Source: a virus (Duplodnaviria; Caudoviricetes). From it: a stretch of 58,829 nucleotides of DNA. The notes under the pieces were generated by a model. That model was given only the letters and a program-made list of their open reading frames with translations. It was not told the DNA's origin and did no database searches. Position numbers and translations under genes: made by a program. Below, piece after piece: positions 56,281 to 58,829 of this stretch (positions are counted from its first letter, which is position 1; every line of letters starts with the position of its first letter). The stretch is from the IMG/VR virus record IMGVR_UViG_3300026382_000018, positions 1-58,829 of that record. One strand, 5' to 3'.

Positions 56281-56292
56281 GGTAAAGTTAAA

Positions 56293-56760
56293 ATGAAAAT
56301 TACTTGTGGATTAGTATTAGGAAAATATCCTTACATAGCTAGACTCATTCCAGATAATCCTGATTTGAAATTAGCTAATGCTTTTGCGTTTTATGTAAGA
56401 ATTGAAAAGTCAAACTTACTGCCTCATATCGTAGCTCATGAACTCACTCACGTTATCCAGTTCTGGAGAAATCCGTTCAAGTGGATTTGGTGGCAAATTA
56501 CTGAGGATCAGTATTATCAGATTGAAATGGAATCTGAAGCGTATGCAGTTCAGGCTATAGTTAGAGGTTATGATGATAACGTAGTAAGAGCTTATGCTGA
56601 AACGATTTGTAAGAGTCCTTGTTATAAAGTGGATGATAACCTGGTGGGTTTTGTTGAAAGAAAAATCTGGGAGTGGATTAGTTGGTGGGAAAGTAGAAGA
56701 AGTGATTTAGAGAAAATAATTAAGGAGACTAATAAGGTGATAAAGAGATTGAAAGAGTGA
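56293..56760 (+). CDS. zincin-like metallopeptidase
   Basis: VAHELTHVIQ (HExxH) followed by ESEAY. Confidence 0.75.
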   Translation: MKITCGLVLGKYPYIARLIPDNPDLKLANAFAFYVRIEKSNLLPHIVAHELTHVIQFWRNPFKWIWWQITEDQYYQIEMESEAYAVQAIVRGYDDNVVRAYAETICKSPCYKVDDNLVGFVERKIWEWISWWESRRSDLEKIIKETNKVIKRLKE

Positions 56761-56784
56761 GAGGAGGGTGTCCTCTCACTCTTT
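56752..56784. terminator. bidirectional terminator at the convergence of late and early arms
   Basis: AAAGAGTGAGAGGA-gggtg-TCCTCTCACTCTTT, 14-bp stem overlapping both stop codons. Confidence 0.85.
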
Positions 56785-57241
56785 ACTCTAGATTTAGTTC
56801 ATCCTTTAGATACTCTTTAACTATTTTTGGTATTTCCTCTTCGAGGAGTTTTCTTAACTCTTCGTTGCTCAAATTAAATCTTTCTTTGAACTCAAGCAAC
56901 TTTTCTTTGAATTCTTCAGGTTCTAGATCATAAAGTTCTCTGCATATGCATTTTAATCTATACTCCTTATTCTTCCTATAGTTTTCTAAATCTTTCCATT
57001 CTTGCTCCGTTAGTTCTTTTATAGCTACTGGATTTTCTTGTATCATTTCTAATACAAATTCTCTTGATACTTCAAATTTATCAATAGGGTCATGGCTTAC
57101 GCATTGACAACTCCCAAGACCTAGCAACTCACTTGAGTAGCAGTTAACTTTTTCACAGTACCATTTACCATTTTCTAGGTAGAGTTGCTCAGGTATTATC
57201 TCTCCATACTGATTTTCTATTTCGTCAAATATAAGAGGCAT
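56783..57241 (-). CDS. early hypothetical protein, paralog A
   Basis: 152 aa; NCYSS.L.GLGSC.CVSHDPI shared with 57280-57738. Confidence 0.75.
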   Translation of the reverse strand: MPLIFDEIENQYGEIIPEQLYLENGKWYCEKVNCYSSELLGLGSCQCVSHDPIDKFEVSREFVLEMIQENPVAIKELTEQEWKDLENYRKNKEYRLKCICRELYDLEPEEFKEKLLEFKERFNLSNEELRKLLEEEIPKIVKEYLKDELNLE

Positions 57242-57279
57242 TTCACTCCTCCTAACGGTGGTTTATAATAGAATTAGGC

Positions 57280-57738
57280 TTAGTACAAGTTTAATTCCTT
57301 CTCGATATACTTTCTTGCAAACTCAGGTACTTTCTTTAGCATTTTCTTTATATCCTCATCACTAAAGCATAATCTATCTCTTAGCATCACAATATAGCTT
57401 TTAAACTCCTCAGGCTCCATATTCAACTTCTCCAGAAATTTACACCTTAGCTCATATTCCTTGTTCTTTTTGTATTCTTCTAAGTCCTTCCACTCTACCT
57501 CCGTTAGCTCCTGCACAGCTGTAGGATTTTCCTTTATAGCTTCTAGTACCGCCTCTCTTGATACTTTTACTGTTCTAATAGGGTCATGTGATACGCATCT
57601 ACACGAACCTAACCCTAACTCTGAGCTGGAATAACAGTTTATATACTCGTAGTACCAAGAGTCTCCTTCGAGATAGTATTGTTGGCTTACTATCTCTTCT
57701 TCATACTGATTTTCTATTCTTCCGAGAATTAATGGCAT
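57280..57738 (-). CDS. early hypothetical protein, paralog B
   Basis: 152 aa; colinear with 56783-57241. Confidence 0.75.
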   Translation of the reverse strand: MPLILGRIENQYEEEIVSQQYYLEGDSWYYEYINCYSSSELGLGSCRCVSHDPIRTVKVSREAVLEAIKENPTAVQELTEVEWKDLEEYKKNKEYELRCKFLEKLNMEPEEFKSYIVMLRDRLCFSDEDIKKMLKKVPEFARKYIEKELNLY

Positions 57739-57751
57739 TTTGCACCTCCCT

Positions 57752-58069
57752 TTATAGAGTTTCTATTTCAGCTTCTTCTCCATCTTCAACGTGAATATGA
57801 ACTCTAAAAGCTGAAAATTCTAATCCTTCTTTCTCGAGCTCATCAAGATAGTCAATGATTAGATAATTAGCATTCTTGAAGTACCATTCTATCTCGAACG
57901 GTACTCCGTACTTTTCCTTTAGCTTTCTTTCTAGAAATCTACAAGCCTTACTCTCGTGCATACCTAAATCATTTATCAGGAAGTTCACTCCAAATTCTAT
58001 ATCGTCTCTCACTTGTTTTACTTTTTCTTCGTCCTTAAGAAACTCCTTTAATTCTTTAGATAATTTCAT
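57752..58069 (-). CDS. early hypothetical protein
   Basis: AAGGAGGT RBS before ATG 58069 (MKLSKEL). Confidence 0.7.
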   Translation of the reverse strand: MKLSKELKEFLKDEEKVKQVRDDIEFGVNFLINDLGMHESKACRFLERKLKEKYGVPFEIEWYFKNANYLIIDYLDELEKEGLEFSAFRVHIHVEDGEEAEIETL

Positions 58070-58082
58070 ATTATACCTCCTT

Positions 58083-58259
58083 TTATAAAACTTCAACTGT
58101 AGTAGTTTTGTACTTTTTTCCTGTTTTCCAAGGATGAATTAGTATTTCTTTGTACTCCTTTTGCAATTCAATTAAATAGTCTACAAATTCTTCAACATCA
58201 TTAAATACACAAGAATATTTTTTGAACCCTGGAACTTTGAACCAAACTTTTAGTTTCAT
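58083..58259 (-). CDS. early hypothetical protein (58 aa)
   Basis: GAGGAGG RBS before ATG 58259 (MKLKVWF); the ORF-track extension runs through the promoter. Confidence 0.65.
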   Translation of the reverse strand: MKLKVWFKVPGFKKYSCVFNDVEEFVDYLIELQKEYKEILIHPWKTGKKYKTTTVEVL

Positions 58260-58300
58260 CTTACTTCTTCCTCCTCTAAATTTCATTTCATCTATTGATA

Positions 58301-58328
58301 AATATAAACTATTTTCCGAAAAAATCAA
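58301..58328 (-). promoter_or_regulatory. sigma70-type early promoter
   Basis: TTGATT-16 bp-TATATT; spacer nearly identical to that of 976-1004. Confidence 0.65.
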
Positions 58329-58434
58329 GTGATTTTCGGAAAAATTAATGTAATTTTGGGAAAAGAAACAGAATTTTGCAAACATTACAATTTGGTTTTT
58401 GACTTAGAATTTTGACATAGTTGGGAAGTTTGCA

Positions 58435-58478
58435 AAAGAGAAGTGAAAAGGAGACGAGAACAAAAACCTCGTCTCCTT
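58435..58478 (-). terminator. intrinsic terminator
   Basis: AAGGAGACGAG/CTCGTCTCCTT 11-bp stem, U-rich run on the minus strand. Confidence 0.75.
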
Positions 58479-58485
58479 AGAGCAT

Positions 58486-58767
58486 TTAATTCAGAAGTTC
58501 TTCATATATAAATTGTTTTAACCAGCTTTTTAGTTCCTCTTTTTCCTTATTTGAAAGTTCAAGACTATCTATTTTTCTAGAATATTTGTTATAGAGATAA
58601 TCTAAATAAGAGCCTATATCTTTAGTGATTTCCTTGAAATTTTTCTTGAATTCACATTCAACTTCTATTGTTAGAAATATATATTCGATTGCAAAAATTA
58701 AAAATTTAATTAGTTTGTGAAATAAAAATAAAAACGCGAAAAATATTAATACTTCTATCAGTACCAT
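58486..58767 (-). CDS. hypothetical membrane-anchored protein
   Basis: N-terminal hydrophobic helix; AGGAGAGG RBS. Confidence 0.65.
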   Translation of the reverse strand: MVLIEVLIFFAFLFLFHKLIKFLIFAIEYIFLTIEVECEFKKNFKEITKDIGSYLDYLYNKYSRKIDSLELSNKEKEELKSWLKQFIYEELLN

Positions 58768-58829
58768 CTTATCCTCTCCTTACAGAATTTCACCGTTTAA
58801 TATTTTCTTGTTTTCAATTCTAAAACTTC

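Noticed and set aside
1-58829. Stop-codon reassignment
   Set aside because: Genes are full length and densely packed under the standard code; TAA, TAG and TGA all end genes; no suppressor tRNA

Overview
This window is about 59 kb of an AT-rich, tailed dsDNA phage with a contractile tail and distantly T4-like head and tail proteins. Its host is probably a thermophilic, anaerobic or microaerophilic diderm bacterium (class III RNR, ThyX, spanins, Lys/Glu-rich proteins). The minus-strand arm (1-15.5 kb) carries replication and nucleotide genes: an intein-interrupted family-4 UDG domain cut off at the window edge, DnaB-type helicase, 5'-3' exonuclease, dNMP kinase, dUTPase, TOPRIM primase, ThyX, UvsW-like helicase, RecA/UvsX, gp32-like SSB, an AEP primase-polymerase-like protein and an ECF-sigma/Mor-like regulator. 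A 1-kb repeat-rich divergent region follows. The plus arm carries nrdG, a split nrdD, a Holliday junction resolvase, terminase, portal, tRNA-Thr, protease-scaffold, major capsid, neck, sheath, tube, a frameshifted tail chaperone, tape measure, baseplate, three fibre/chaperone cassettes, lysis genes, a PAAR protein and peptidases. Convergent small early genes close the window. The strongest hidden signal is a ~100-nt non-coding unit at ~20.39-20.49 kb with its own sigma70 promoter. Its 31-nt core is entirely tiled by exact complements of the ribosome-binding/start regions of three replication-arm genes, making it a candidate multi-target trans-antisense RNA. Other notable signals are a shared N-terminal leader on six unrelated head-region proteins, a four-copy phage-specific promoter, a 64-bp element duplicated 19.5 kb apart, and nested in-frame starts. 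All functional calls come from motif recognition by eye; no database search was run.
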